Part shown: positions 10,817-21,110 of the stretch, in pieces
Numbering within the stretch: the stretch's first letter is position 1
Layout of the letters: every line of letters starts with the position of its first letter
Assembly (NCBI RefSeq): GCF_004010195.1
Contig: NC_057759.1
Location: forward strand, 3,820,860 to 3,841,969
Length of the DNA stretch: 21,110 nt
Reading direction: 5' to 3'
Source: Chiloscyllium plagiosum
Taxonomy: Eukaryota
Notes under the pieces: model-generated
What the model was told of the DNA's origin: nothing
Databases searched by the model: none
What the model saw: the letters and a program-made list of their open reading frames with translations, nothing else
Program-made: the position numbers and the translations under genes

Positions 10817-10945
10817 TAACTCTGTCTTCTCTCTCGCTCTCTTTGTCTTTCTCTCTCTCCAGAGATGCCTCCAGACCTTCTGAGTTTACCCAGTGCTCTC
10901 TATGTTGGTTTCAGATCTCCAGAATCCTGCACTGCGTTGGTTTTG
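10817..10945 (+). repeat. Truncated copy of the hammerhead-associated dispersed repeat (right flank of the LINE)
   Basis: taactctg...ctctccagagatgcctccagaccttctgagttt...gtttcagat, matching 17566-17667. Confidence 0.7.
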
Positions 10946-11140
10946 GAACCTGACAAAATATATTCTTTGTATCAGATGCCAATGGCCCCGCTCCTGTTGA
11001 AAGTGTGGCCACGGCTGTTCAATCAAGAGGAATGACGGGGCTGGCACATTTCAACATAAAATGCATCGCTCTATCAGAAAGGAAGCACAGGATTATGTGA
11101 CTACATTTGATGGGAATGGGGTCCATACAAATATAGGACT

Positions 11141-11790
11141 ATGATTAAGCAATTCAGCCCATCGAGTTTTCTCTCCCATTCAAAGAATTTGTGGCTGATC
11201 TGATCATCCTCAAATCCACTTCACCACCTTTCCCTGATAACCCTCGATTCCCTTTCTGATTAAAAATCTCTCTATCTTTGTCTTCAATATGCAGAAAGAC
11301 CAAGCCTTTGCAGCACTCTGTGGTAAAGAATTCCACAGATTCTATCCCCTCTGAAAGAATAAATTCCTCCACCTCTCTGTCTTCAATGGGCGACCCATCC
11401 CAGATTCTGTGATGACACTCCTCTGGTCTCATGTTCTCCCCTACAAGGGGAAACAACCCCTCTCCACATCTCCCCTGCCAAATCACTCTAAGAATCTTCA
11501 ATAAGATCACATCTCATTCTTCTTAACTCCAATGAGGACAGGCCCAACCTACCCAACCTCTCCCTCGTCAGACTGTCCCTCCATACCCGGGATCAGCTAA
11601 GTAAACTCTCTCTGGACTGCCTCCATTCCCAGTCTATCTTTCAAAAAAGGATCCCCAAAACTATTCACAGTCTCCAAGCTGTGGTATGACCTGTGCCTGG
11701 TATAGTGTTTAAGTAAAACGTCCGAACTTTTATCCACATTCCCTTTGAAATAAAAGTTGTTTCCTTGCCCTATGACCTGCTGAACTTTGA
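11141..11790 (-). mobile_element. Decayed CR1-type LINE 3' portion
   Basis: Minus strand encodes ...MEAVQREFT... (LExVQRRFT-like); the 3' UTR resembles 3740-4211. Confidence 0.75.
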
Positions 11791-12482
11791 TTTGCTTGTT
11801 ATTCACAATCAATAACTTCCTGATCCCTCGGATAAGGAAATTATCCAAGGGAATGTGTTTCAACTTTGTTAGAAGTTGCTTCAGCCTCTGGAATCCAAGC
11901 AACACAAGAATCGTAAGAATTAGTTTTCTTAACTGATTGAGGACTTCAAAGAATCGGTGTACCTTTGCAAAGTGCAGTTGGTGTTTCTGAATGTGTTGCT
12001 CATATACCACAACATCAGACAGCGTTGCAGAGTGTGACGGTATGATTTGAGATCTCCAGAGGGCAGATCTTTTGCTAATCCTATCCAGTGGGCGATATTT
12101 TCTCCCTGAGGAACAAGATAATCTCGTTCCCGCCCCTCTGTAAAATCAGCATTCACCACAAATCTGCATTAGCTGTCCCCTCTTTTTGTCCCTAATCTGT
12201 CCCTGATTCGATTTAATTCTCTTTTTCTATTTATGTTTAAAGCAAACATTTGCTCTTCCCCTTTCTTTTGACTTCTTCAAAAATGCTAATCGGTTCATTA
12301 CACTTTCTTTGCAAATTATCCATATGGCTATTACTTTAGCACTCTGTTTTGTGTACTTGGGCGGTTTAACTGTTGGCTGAACAGAAAGTCAATTTTTTTA
12401 CAGAATTCGGAGGTTTCTGCTCATTCCAGTCATTGTATCTTCAGCTGGCTTGTTTCTGATATAAGGCACGGATGAATAGGAC

Positions 12483-15400
12483 ATGTGTGAGAGAGGGTGT
12501 GCGAGGAAGAGTGGAATAAAGTGAGAAAAAGCACAGACGTCTGAGAAAGCGTGTGAGTGTGCGTGAGGGACAGAATGTGTGTGAGAGAGTAAGCATGCTA
12601 AAGAATGTGTCTGTGAGAGAGTCTGTGAGACAGAGTGTGTGAGAGAGAGACAGTTTGTCTGTGTGAGAGTGTGTGCCTGAGACAGAAAGACAGAGAAATT
12701 TGATAAGAGTAAATATGCGTGTGTGTATGCGTGTGAGGGTGAGAAGGAGATGTGGCTGACAATAACGTTTGGGTGCCAGAGTGTTTGTGTGTGTGTGTGT
12801 ATGAGAGAGAAAGAGAGAGAGAAAGACAGTATGTGTATGTGTGAGAGTGTGTGCGTGACAGAGAGAAACTGTTTGTGTGAGACAGAGTGAGTGAGAAGGT
12901 ACTTGTGTGAGAGTGTGCGTGTGACAGACTGTGTGTGAGAAAGAGCGCTTGTGTGCATGTGGGTGTGAAACACTGCATGAGACAGATTGTGTGTGAGAGA
13001 GAGATTGTGTGTGTGTGTGTGGTGCCTGAGGGAGAGGGAGAGTGCGTGACATGGTGTGTGTGTGTGTGAGAGAGAAAGATAGTTTGTGTATGCGTGGGAG
13101 TGTGAGCATGACAGAGAGAGAAATAAACTGTGTGTGAGAGAGCATGCGAGAGTATGTGTGTGTATGTGTGCGTGACATGGTGTGTGTCTATGTGTCTGAG
13201 AAAGAAAGTATGTGTGACACTGTGTGTGTGACAGTCTCTCTGTGTGTATGTGTGTGTGTGAGAGAGCGAGAGAGTGTGTTTGAAACATTGTGAGAACGGG
13301 ATTGCCTGTGAGAGAGTGTGAGAGAGAGAAAACGTGTGTGTGAGACTGTATGTGTGTGTGTGAGAGAGAAAAAGATAGTGTGTCTATATATGAGAGTGTG
13401 TGCGTGACAGAGAGAGGGAAACTATGTGTGTGAGAGAGTATGTGTGTGTACGTGTGTGAGAGAGAGCATGTGTGTGTGTGAGAGAGAATCTATGTGACAC
13501 ACTGTGTGTGAGAGAGAGCGCCTGTGTGCTGGTGGGTGTGACAGAGTGTATCAGACAAAGTGCGCGTGTGAGAGAATATGTGTGTGACACTGTACGTGTG
13601 TGTGTGTGTGCGCGCGCGTGTGAGAGAGAGAGAGAGAAATTGAGAGTCATTGTGTGTGGGTGTGCTACTTATCTATGAGGCTTTATGTGTGAGAGAGTGT
13701 GTTTGAGAAATTGTGAGAACGAGATTGTTTGTGAGAGAGTGTGTGCGAGAGAGAGCGTGTGTGTGAGACTGTATTTGAGAGAGTGTATGTCTGAGCGTGT
13801 GTGCGTGAGAGAAAGAGAGACCGTGTGTGTGACAATGTGTGTGGGTGAGAGAAAGACATTGTGGGTGTGTGAGAAACTTACGTGTGAGACTTTATGTGTG
13901 AGAGAGTGTGTTTGAAACATTGTGTGAACGGGATTGTTTGTGAGAGAATGCGTGTGTGCGAGAGTGTGTGCGTGAGAGAGAGTGTGTGTGAGAGAGTGTA
14001 TATGTGAATGTGTGCGTATGTTTTAGAGAGAGAGACTGTGGGTCAGAAAGTGTGTGAGACACAGTGTGTGTCTGAGCGTGTGTGTGAGACAGAGTGTGTC
14101 TGTGAGAGAGTGTGTAGAAAGCAAAGAGAGATAGAGTTGATGAGAGTAAGCATGTGTGTGCATGTCAGGATGAGAGGGAAAGAGTGGGAAAGAGGAAAAA
14201 GTGTGTGTGTGAGAGAGAAACAGTCTGTATGTGAAGGATAGCGTGTGTGATAGTGATTGTGTGAGAGAGTGTATGTGACAGTGTGTGTGAGAGAGCGCGA
14301 TTGAGTGTGTGACACTGTGTGTGTGACAGACTGTGTGTGTGTGAGAGAGTGTGAGTGAGACAGTGTGTGTGTCAGTGACACTTTACGTGTGAGACAGAGT
14401 GAGAGAGTGTGTTTGAGACATTGTGTTAACGGGATTGTTTGAGAGAGTGTGTGTCAGAGAGAGAGAGAGAGCGTGTGTGTGAAACAGTGTAGGTGTAAGT
14501 TTCTGTGTGTGAGAGAAAGAAAGACTGTGAGTGTGACATTGTGTGTGTGTATGTGAGGGAGAGAAAGAGAAAGATAGTGTGTGTATATGTGAGAGTGTCT
14601 GCGTGACAGAGAGAGAGAAACTGTGAGAGAGAGAGAGTGTGTGAGAGAGTACATGTGTGTATGCGTGTGAGAGAGCGTGTGTATGTGTGAGAGAGAGTGT
14701 GTGACAGACTGAGTGTGAGAGAGTGCATGTTTGCTTATCGGTGTGAGAGAGTGTATGAGAGAATGTGTGTGTGATACAATACGTGTGGCGCTGCGTATAT
14801 GTGTGAGTGTGTGTGTCTGTGAGAGAGACACAGAGAGTGTATGAGACATTGTGGGTGTGTGAGACTTTATGTGTGAGACAGAGTGACAGAGTGTTTGAGA
14901 CATTGTGTGAACGGGACTGTTTGTGAGAGAGTATGTGTGTGTGAGAGAGTGTGTATGTGAGAGAATGTATGTGTGATTGTGTGTGCATGTGTGTGAGAGA
15001 GAGCGTGCGAGAGACTGTGTGTCTGTGTGAGTGTGTGTGAGACAGACTGCGTCTCTGAGAGATTGTGTGTGAGACAAAGAGAGAGAGTTGCTGAGAGTAA
15101 GTATGTGTGTGTAAACGTGTGGGAGAGAGGAACAAGTGTGTGTGAGAAAGACAGAGACAAAGTTTGCGTGTGAGAGAGAGAGTGCGTGCGAGACAGAGTG
15201 TGTTTGTGTGAGAGAGTGTGCGAGAGTGTGTGAGAGAGAAAGAATGTGTGAGACAGAGTGTGTGTGTGAGAGAGGGAGAGATTATGTGTGAGACAGAATG
15301 TGTGTGTTTAGTTGAGAGAGAGCGTGTGTGTGTATGTGTGAGAGAGAGGGAGTGTGTGTGAGACAGATGTGTGTTTTTTGAGAGAATGTATGTGTGAGAC

Positions 15401-15570
15401 AAAGTGTCTGTGTGTGATAGAGTGAGGGGTGTGAGACTGTGTGTGTGAGAGAGAGAGTTTACAGAGTGTGCTTTTGGTTGAGAGTGTGTGTGTGAAGCAG
15501 TGTGTGTGTGCGTATGTCAGAAAGTGACTGTGCGTGTGTCTGTGTGTATCTGTGAGTGAGAGAGACAGAT
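12483..15570. repeat. ~3.1 kb degenerate (GT)n/(GA)n compound microsatellite with higher-order repeats
   Basis: Continuous tgtgtg/gagaga mosaic; a ~35-bp marker gtgtttga(a/g)acattgtg..aacgggattg recurs 5 times. Confidence 0.95.
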
Positions 15571-15594
15571 TATGAGTATGCGAGAAGTTAGAGA

Positions 15595-15865
15595 CATAGT
15601 GTCAGTGATTTTTACAACATGGAAACAGTTCCTCTGGGTCAAATTGTCAGTGGTGCCCAAAATTTCAACTAGTCCCATGTGCTTGTGTTTGGTCTATATT
15701 CTTCCATACCTATCCCTTTCATGTACAGGTTTAAATGTTTCTGAAATGACAAAACTGCACTCGCTTCCACCACTACCTCCAGCAGCCTGTTCCTGACACT
15801 CACCGCCCTCTGTGTGAAAGAATTCCGCCACTGTACTCTTTCTTATCTCTCCCCTATCACCTTGA
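15595..15865 (-). mobile_element. Decayed CR1-type LINE 3' end
   Basis: Collinear with 5353-5650 and 6611-6900. Confidence 0.65.
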
Positions 15866-15874
15866 AGAAACCCT

Positions 15875-16100
15875 CATCACATTGAAGAAGGATAGATGTT
15901 CACTAATGATGCCAAGGCAATGAACCAAGTGCTGGGGAAATGGGATTAGACAATAGTTAAGTGGTAACTATTTACACGCAGACTCGATGGGCCGATGGGC
16001 CTTTTTCTGTGCTGCAGACTCCCTGCCGCTGGGGCAATTAGGGATGTGGAGATAAACGTTAACCCAGTCAGTGACATACACTTCTCATGATCGAATGTAA
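15875..16100 (+). mobile_element. Adjacent LINE 3'-tail fragments (CR1 tail, then ggggcaattagggat... tail with poly-A)
   Basis: gactcgatgggccgatgggcctttttctgtgctg; second tail matches the reverse-complement ends of 19060-19390 and 20430-20835. Confidence 0.5.
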
Positions 16101-16671
16101 AAAAAAAAAAATCTTTTTTCAACGTGAAGTGAGTTGAGTGAGTTACATTCCCGGGATTGGTAAGGATTTGACCTTTGGAGTGATGGAGATGGGAAAGCAC
16201 TGAAGGAGGACCTTCAGCCCATTGCCCTTGTGCAGGACAGTTTTGATTACCAATTGAATCTTCTGTGATCGATCTCTGCTTAAATCTATCTGGATGAGCT
16301 CGCCCCCCACTGCCCCGACAGTAACCTGCCTGCTGTGAAATATGTGCCCGACAGCCGGGTGAAACTGAACTTTAAAGGCACTGGTGTCATGTGAGGCAGC
16401 TCGGTGTGGGAATGACGGTGAGTAATGTCATCAATGTGCTCCCCAGCCACAGGTTAAGCCGGCAGTGTTGTGGGAGTGTGCACACTAACCAGTCTGTGGT
16501 GTATGGAGAGAGACAACACAAATCAAATATTCTGCCCATCACAGTCACAACGGAATATTGATTCTGTGTAAAGTTACCTCACGTGAACACAACAAATCAT
16601 AGACACATCACAAATAGAAGCAGGAATAGGCCCTACCAACCTGCGCACACCCCCACCCCCCATTCAACAAG

Positions 16672-16735
16672 ATGGAACCCAGGTCTCTGGCATTGTGAGG
16701 CAACAGAGCTAACCACTGAGAGACCGTGTCACCCA
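16672..16735 (-). mobile_element. HE1-like SINE 5' (tRNA head) fragment
   Basis: gaacccaggtctctggcattgtgaggc...ctaaccactg..accgtg matches 8003-8060. Confidence 0.65.
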
Positions 16736-16744
16736 TAAATAAAG

Positions 16745-17520
16745 GATAAAGTGGGGGGGGGGGGGGGCAGAGGAAATAGGAGTGGATAGAGCGGGGCTCA
16801 ACAGAAATGAGATGGGGAAATGGGGGTCGGGAATAGAGTGGGGTAGTGAGGTTCATAGGAAGGTTTATTGAGGGGAAATGGGGAAGGGGAATAGAGTTGG
16901 GGGAGAAAGAGGGGGCATGGGATGGAGAGCGATGGAGTGGGGAGGGGGATCGTTTGTCCCCTTCCCTTTTTTCCCTGCACTCCACCCTAGCACCCTCCTC
17001 TGTTGATCCTGCCTCCACTCTATACCTCTACTGTTACCCTTGGCCCCTACTTTATCCCACTCCCCTGCTGCCCCGTCCCACATTTTTATCTACATCCCCT
17101 GTTTCCCCGACCCATCACTCTATCTCCCCGCCTTGTTTCCCCTGCCAAGCACTCTATCCCCTCTCGTGTTTTATGTGGCNNNNNNNNNNNNNNNNNNNNN
17201 NNNNNNNNNNNNNNNNNNNNNNNNNNNNNNNNNNNNNNNNNNNNNNNNNNNNNNNNNNNNNNNNNNNNNNNNNNNTTCCCCGCCCCACTCTATCCCCCTC
17301 CCCTCTTTCTTCTGCCCCTATTCTATCCTCCTCCCGTTTCGCCTACAATCCCCCACTCTATCCTCCTCCCTTGTTTGCCCTGCTCACAAGGTATCCCGCT
17401 CCCCTGTTTCTCGTACCCCCTCGACACAGTGCCACTCTCGTGTTTTCCCTGCCCCCGCTCCAACTCCATCCCAGCTCCTCTCATTTCCTCTCTCTCCAAA
17501 CTCTCCCCATTCTATCTCTC
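16745..17520. repeat. Purine/pyrimidine-asymmetric minisatellite (core CCCCACTCTATCCCC) that switches orientation near 16952; contains a gap at 17180-17275
   Basis: G-rich units g(g/a)atagagtgggg at 16745-16950; C-rich units ccccactctatcc at 16955-17520. Confidence 0.7.
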
Positions 17521-17531
17521 TTACACACAAA

Positions 17532-17573
17532 CAGTTCTGAGGAAGGGTCACTTGGCCTGAAACGTTAACTCTG
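17532..17573 (+). ncRNA. Minimal type I hammerhead-ribozyme-like motif at the head of a dispersed (probably Penelope-like) repeat
   Basis: AGTT (stem I) - CTGAGGA (CUGANGA core, 17537-17543) - extra A - GGGTC/ACTT/GGCCT (stem II with two G.U pairs) - GAAA - palindromic AACGTT - GUU triplet (17564-17566) - AACT (stem I'). Confidence 0.6.
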
Positions 17574-17954
17574 ATTTCTCTCCACAAATGCGACCAAACC
17601 TTCTGAGCTTTTGTAGCAATTGCTGTTTTTGTTTCTGATTTACTGCATTCACAATTCTTTTAGTTTTTCACTCTGTGATAACTGTCTCACATCACATCAA
17701 CATGGTTTCACTAGCTTACATCTACTTAATAAAAAAAGTCCCAATATGTTATGAACTGGAATTTTGTTTATTACTGAATACATAATTAATGTATACAAAA
17801 GCAAAGCCCACCAAGAAATTGCATTTAGAGTAACTCAGAGATAGATCAGACCCATCCCATGTACACCATCCATGAAGGGAAGCTCCCATTGCTTAATAAA
17901 TGCCGCATCCATCATGTTTCCATTGTGTTTTCCATCTCAACACAGAGTGCGGAG

Positions 17955-18728
17955 TGGGGAAGGGGCTGCGAAAGAGGATGCAGAGATGCTTCCGTGTGCT
18001 TTGGACAAATTGAGTGAGTGGGAAAACGCAAGACAGAAGCAGTTTAATATGGGTCAACATTTGGTTAGCCAATGTGGGAGCGAGATCACGAAGGTGGATT
18101 ATTATCCGAATGGCGATGGAAAAATGAATTGAGGACTGAAGTTGGGTTGCCAATTTATGGCTGTACAAGACATTGACAAGGCCATGTTTGGATTATTGCA
18201 TGGAATTCTGGTCGCCCTGCTGTAGGAAGGATGTTATTAAATTGGAAAAAGTGCAGGAAAGATCTACAAGAATGTTACCAAGGCTGGTGGGTTTTAATAA
18301 TAAGGAGAGGGTGGATAGGCTGAGGCGATTTTTTTCCCTGGAGGGTCTGTGGTTGAGGGGTGGGCCCTATAGAGGTTTATAAAATCATAAGGGGCATAGA
18401 TAAGGTGAATAGACAAGATTTTTAATCGCAGGTTAGGAGAGTCCAAATGAGGGCATAGTTTTTAGATGACAGTGGAGAGATTTAAAAGAGACATGAGGGG
18501 CAATTTTTCACGCAGTGGGTGGTGCATATATGGATCAAGCTGCCACAGGGGATATTGGAGGCCGGTACAGTTACAACATTTTGAAGGCATTTGGACAGGC
18601 CCATGGATAGAAAAGGTGAGAGAGACATGGGTCAAATGGGGCTGGTTCTGTTTAGGAAGCCTGGACAGCATGACTGAGTTGGGCTGAAGGATCTGTTTCC
18701 GTGCTGTATGGCTCTATGACTCTATGAT
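17955..18728 (+). mobile_element. Decayed CR1/HER1-type LINE 3' portion
   Basis: RPCLDYCMEFWSP...LEKVQERSTRMLP; tail gggctgaagg...(CTCTATGA) repeats. Confidence 0.85.
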
Positions 18729-19059
18729 TACAGACACATGCTGTCCTTGCCAGCAATGCTCTACATCCTTTCCCTGAATGAGGGACCACGGTGTTTAAAA
18801 ACCGATAACTCAATCACTGTCCTTGCTCGCTCTAATGCTTGACAATTCATCGACATAATCATGCTGTTTCATTGAAAGACAAATGGCACTTATTGACGAG
18901 AACCTTTCTTGATGGACAGCCGTTATCAGATCTGTACGAGGGCGGTGTTAAAATATTGACATCTTCAACAAAGCCTGTATTTACATCACACCGAGCCCAT
19001 ATGTGGTGCCATGGTAGTGTCCCTAACTCTAGACTGAGATTCCAAATTTTCTTTTATTC

Positions 19060-19390
19060 ATAAGAGGAGGACACCACCGGATAGGTCAGCATTTATTACC
19101 AATCCCTAAAAGCCCACAGGGTAGTTAAGATTCAATCGAATTGCTGTGGGTCTGGTGTCACATGTAGGCTGACCAGGTAAGGAATGGCAGTTTCCTTCCC
19201 TAAAGGACGTGAATGAATCAGATGGGTTTTACTGACAATCGATCATAGGTCACAATCAGCCACTTTAGTCCAGAATTTTGTTGATGTTAAAACCCACCAT
19301 CTGCCATGTAGCATTCATGCGGGTCCCTAGAATATCACAGAGATCTCTGGATTAACAGTCCACCAATAACACCACCAGGCCATCGCACCC
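19060..19390 (-). mobile_element. Old tRNA-derived SINE sharing its 3' tail with the LINE at 20430-20835
   Basis: Minus strand starts gatggcctggtggt... and ends tagggattggtaataaatgctg; a related fragment appears to lie at ~2810-2904. Confidence 0.6.
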
Positions 19391-19834
19391 TTTTCACTAT
19401 TTCCCAACTGTCAGAACCGTCTGACAATTTCTATTCTAAATTGGTCAGAATAGGAGAGATTCCTAATTGCTCATTAAAAGAAGGAGACAGATGATGCATT
19501 CATCCGCTTAAACGTGGACCAAACGCTAAGCTTAATCCTCAGATATGAGAACAAAGAAGAGACAGATATTAAATGTCCAAAGATTCCCAAAAGCCAAAAT
19601 AGCTAGTCAAATACAAAACCCAGTGAGGTCCAGAAGACATTGATGGTCACACTGGCATAAAAACAGCTTCCGCGGAAGAAAATGAGTGGAGTCAAAAGCG
19701 TTGTGAAACACGTTTCCATCATAAAGTTCACAAGATTGTTATCTGTACACAGGAGTTACATTGTACCGCTTCACCAGATGGTGTATAGAATCGAACGAAC
19801 ACCCCTCCCTCCACACAGTCTATCCTCTTGCTTC

Positions 19835-19954
19835 TTATTTGCGTGGAATATTCGCGTAAATGTTTCCATCTGCTCCGTTTCTATCTTGTGAGTGCCCACT
19901 GAGGTTCAGTGTGGCGTATGTGATACAATAATCATCAGGGTCAGTCTTGGCATC
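19835..19954 (-). CDS. Terminal cytoplasmic exon of an ITIM-bearing inhibitory immune receptor (gene A)
   Basis: Acceptor tattattcaactgcAG|19954, phase 0: DAKTDPDDYCITYATLNLSGHSQDRNGADGNIYANIPRK*, TAA at 19837-19835. ITYATL fits the ITIM consensus (I/V/L/S)xYxx(L/V); second motif NIYANI lies near the C-terminus. Confidence 0.8.
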   Translation of the reverse strand, partial: DAKTDPDDYCITYATLNLSGHSQDRNGADGNIYANIPRK

Positions 19955-20194
19955 CTGCAGTTGAATAATATTAGAATGAAAAAGGGTACTGAGTGGGAGC
20001 AGGAAGCTGAAGGGGAGGGAGAGGTCAGTTGGGGTACAGGTGGAACTGGGTATCAGGGGAAAATGAGAATCACCAGCAGGCAGTTCAGGGACTGCGAGTT
20101 AGGAAGCTAGTTTCACAGTGGTAATGTCCCTGCCTCTGAGCTAGGCGGACATGGTTCAAGTCCTACCTGCTCCTATGGTGTGCCATATAATTTA

Positions 20195-20420
20195 TAGAAG
20201 CAGGAATATGACGTTGGACTTGAACAGGAGTTTGGCGATACCATAGCTGGACATTGTGTGCAGTTGTCATCTCTGCACTATTAGAAGGATGTGATACACT
20301 GGAGGGGGTTCAGAGGAGATTCGCGAAGATGTTGCCTGGGATGGAGCATTTCAGTGATGAAGAGAAGCTGGGTAAGCTCGGCTTGTTTTCTTTGGACGAG
20401 AGAAAGCAGAGGGGGTTATA
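20195..20420 (+). mobile_element. Decayed CR1-type ORF2 C-terminal fragment
   Basis: Similar to 10240-10460 (ctggagggggttcagaggagattcgcgaagatgttgcctggg). Confidence 0.75.
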
Positions 20421-20429
20421 AATGTGTTT

Positions 20430-20835
20430 TCCATTCATTTACAGGACATCGGCATGTCTAGCAGAGCCCAGCATTTGTTGTCCTGTCTCTAGTTCCTCGA
20501 CTGAGAATGTGACGGTGAGCTATCTTCCTGAGCCACTGTAGTCCCCCATGCTGTAGATAGACTCAACATTCACTTCGGGAGGGAGTTCTAGCATTATGAC
20601 CCGGCGACACTGAAGGAATGGCTGATATTTTTCCAGAGAGTGCTGAGTGGTTCAGAAGGGAACCTGCAAGGGATGGTGATCCCATCTGCTGCCCTTGTCC
20701 TTCGACCTTGAAGTGGTTGTGGATTTGGAAGGTGCTGTTTGAGGATCTTTGGTGACTTTCTACAGTGCATCTTATAGATGGTACACACTGCTGCTACCAA
20801 TTGGGTGCAAATGACAATGGACTGACAACGATTTA
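20430..20835 (-). mobile_element. Decayed LINE 3' end (same family as 2000-2198)
   Basis: Minus ORF remnant VAAVCTIYKMHC...LKQHLPNPQPL; tail ending gaatggaaaa. Confidence 0.7.
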
Positions 20836-20902
20836 GCGTCAAGATCAGTGATGCTTTGATCATGTACAAGAAGTAACTGGAAAAAACAATATTGAAACCG
20901 AC

Positions 20903-20950
20903 TTGTTCCTGGGCGTTGTAAATGGAGTGAGAAGCACTGATTGATCTACC
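20903..20950 (-). CDS. Candidate 48-nt penultimate cytoplasmic exon of gene A (GRSISASHSIYNAQEQ)
   Basis: Acceptor gcgttctcaatAG|, donor CAA|GTcggt; phase 0-0 and in frame with the ITIM exon; lies in an apparently non-repeat island between LINE fragments. Donor is weak. Confidence 0.35.
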
Positions 20951-20984
20951 CTATTGAGAACGCATTGCTATTTATTTTCTGCTG

Positions 20985-21110
20985 TGTTTAAAGTTAGACA
21001 CAAAGCTAGGAGGAAGGGGAAGCAGAGAAGGAGACTTCAGAGATGCTTCATAGACGTGTTGAATGAGTACGCCAATGTAAGACAGATGCAATTTAGTGTG
21101 GATTATTCAG
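20985..21110 (+). mobile_element. Decayed CR1-type RT fragment running off the window
   Basis: Resembles 9905-10040 (KFADDTK...LQRDIDRLxEWA..WQMQF remnant). Confidence 0.55.

Noticed and set aside
11929..12159. C-type-lectin-like ERDYL...HWIGL motif on the minus strand
   Set aside because: Lacks the following WxWxDG and the conserved Cys/WND; no partner exons seen; probably chance, though an HMM scan would settle it.
12398..15402. Long His/Thr/Ser/Leu-rich ORFs (up to 339 aa)
   Set aside because: Translations of the (CA)/(CT) microsatellite strand, open in several frames; no sign of real coding.

Overview
Repeat-rich vertebrate genomic DNA, almost certainly from an elasmobranch (shark): it carries HE1/V-SINE-like SINEs with (AATCT)n tails and many CR1/HER1-type LINE fragments. 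It is not prokaryotic, and nearly all ORFs in the supplied track are artefacts of repeats, microsatellite or N-gaps. The non-repeat signal is a set of short spliced exons on the minus strand that the ORF track misses. (A) 19835-19954 is an intact terminal cytoplasmic exon encoding a canonical ITIM (ITYATL) plus a distal tyrosine motif (NIYANI), with a possible penultimate exon at 20903-20950. (B) About 13 kb downstream, on the same strand, is the 5' end of a second gene: a split leader (6296-6323 plus a mini-exon at 4858-4886) and a short C2-type Ig-domain exon (1462-1703) with FcR/FCRL/LITR-like features, apparently frameshifted. Together these suggest a tandem cluster of Fc-receptor-like immune receptor genes. 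Also present: a 3.2 kb decayed CR1 LINE with an in-frame nested SINE, a minimal type I hammerhead-ribozyme-like motif (17532-17573) heading a dispersed repeat, a 17-bp minisatellite, a 3.1 kb GT/GA array with higher-order structure, and two assembly gaps. All exon calls were read by eye; no database search was run.
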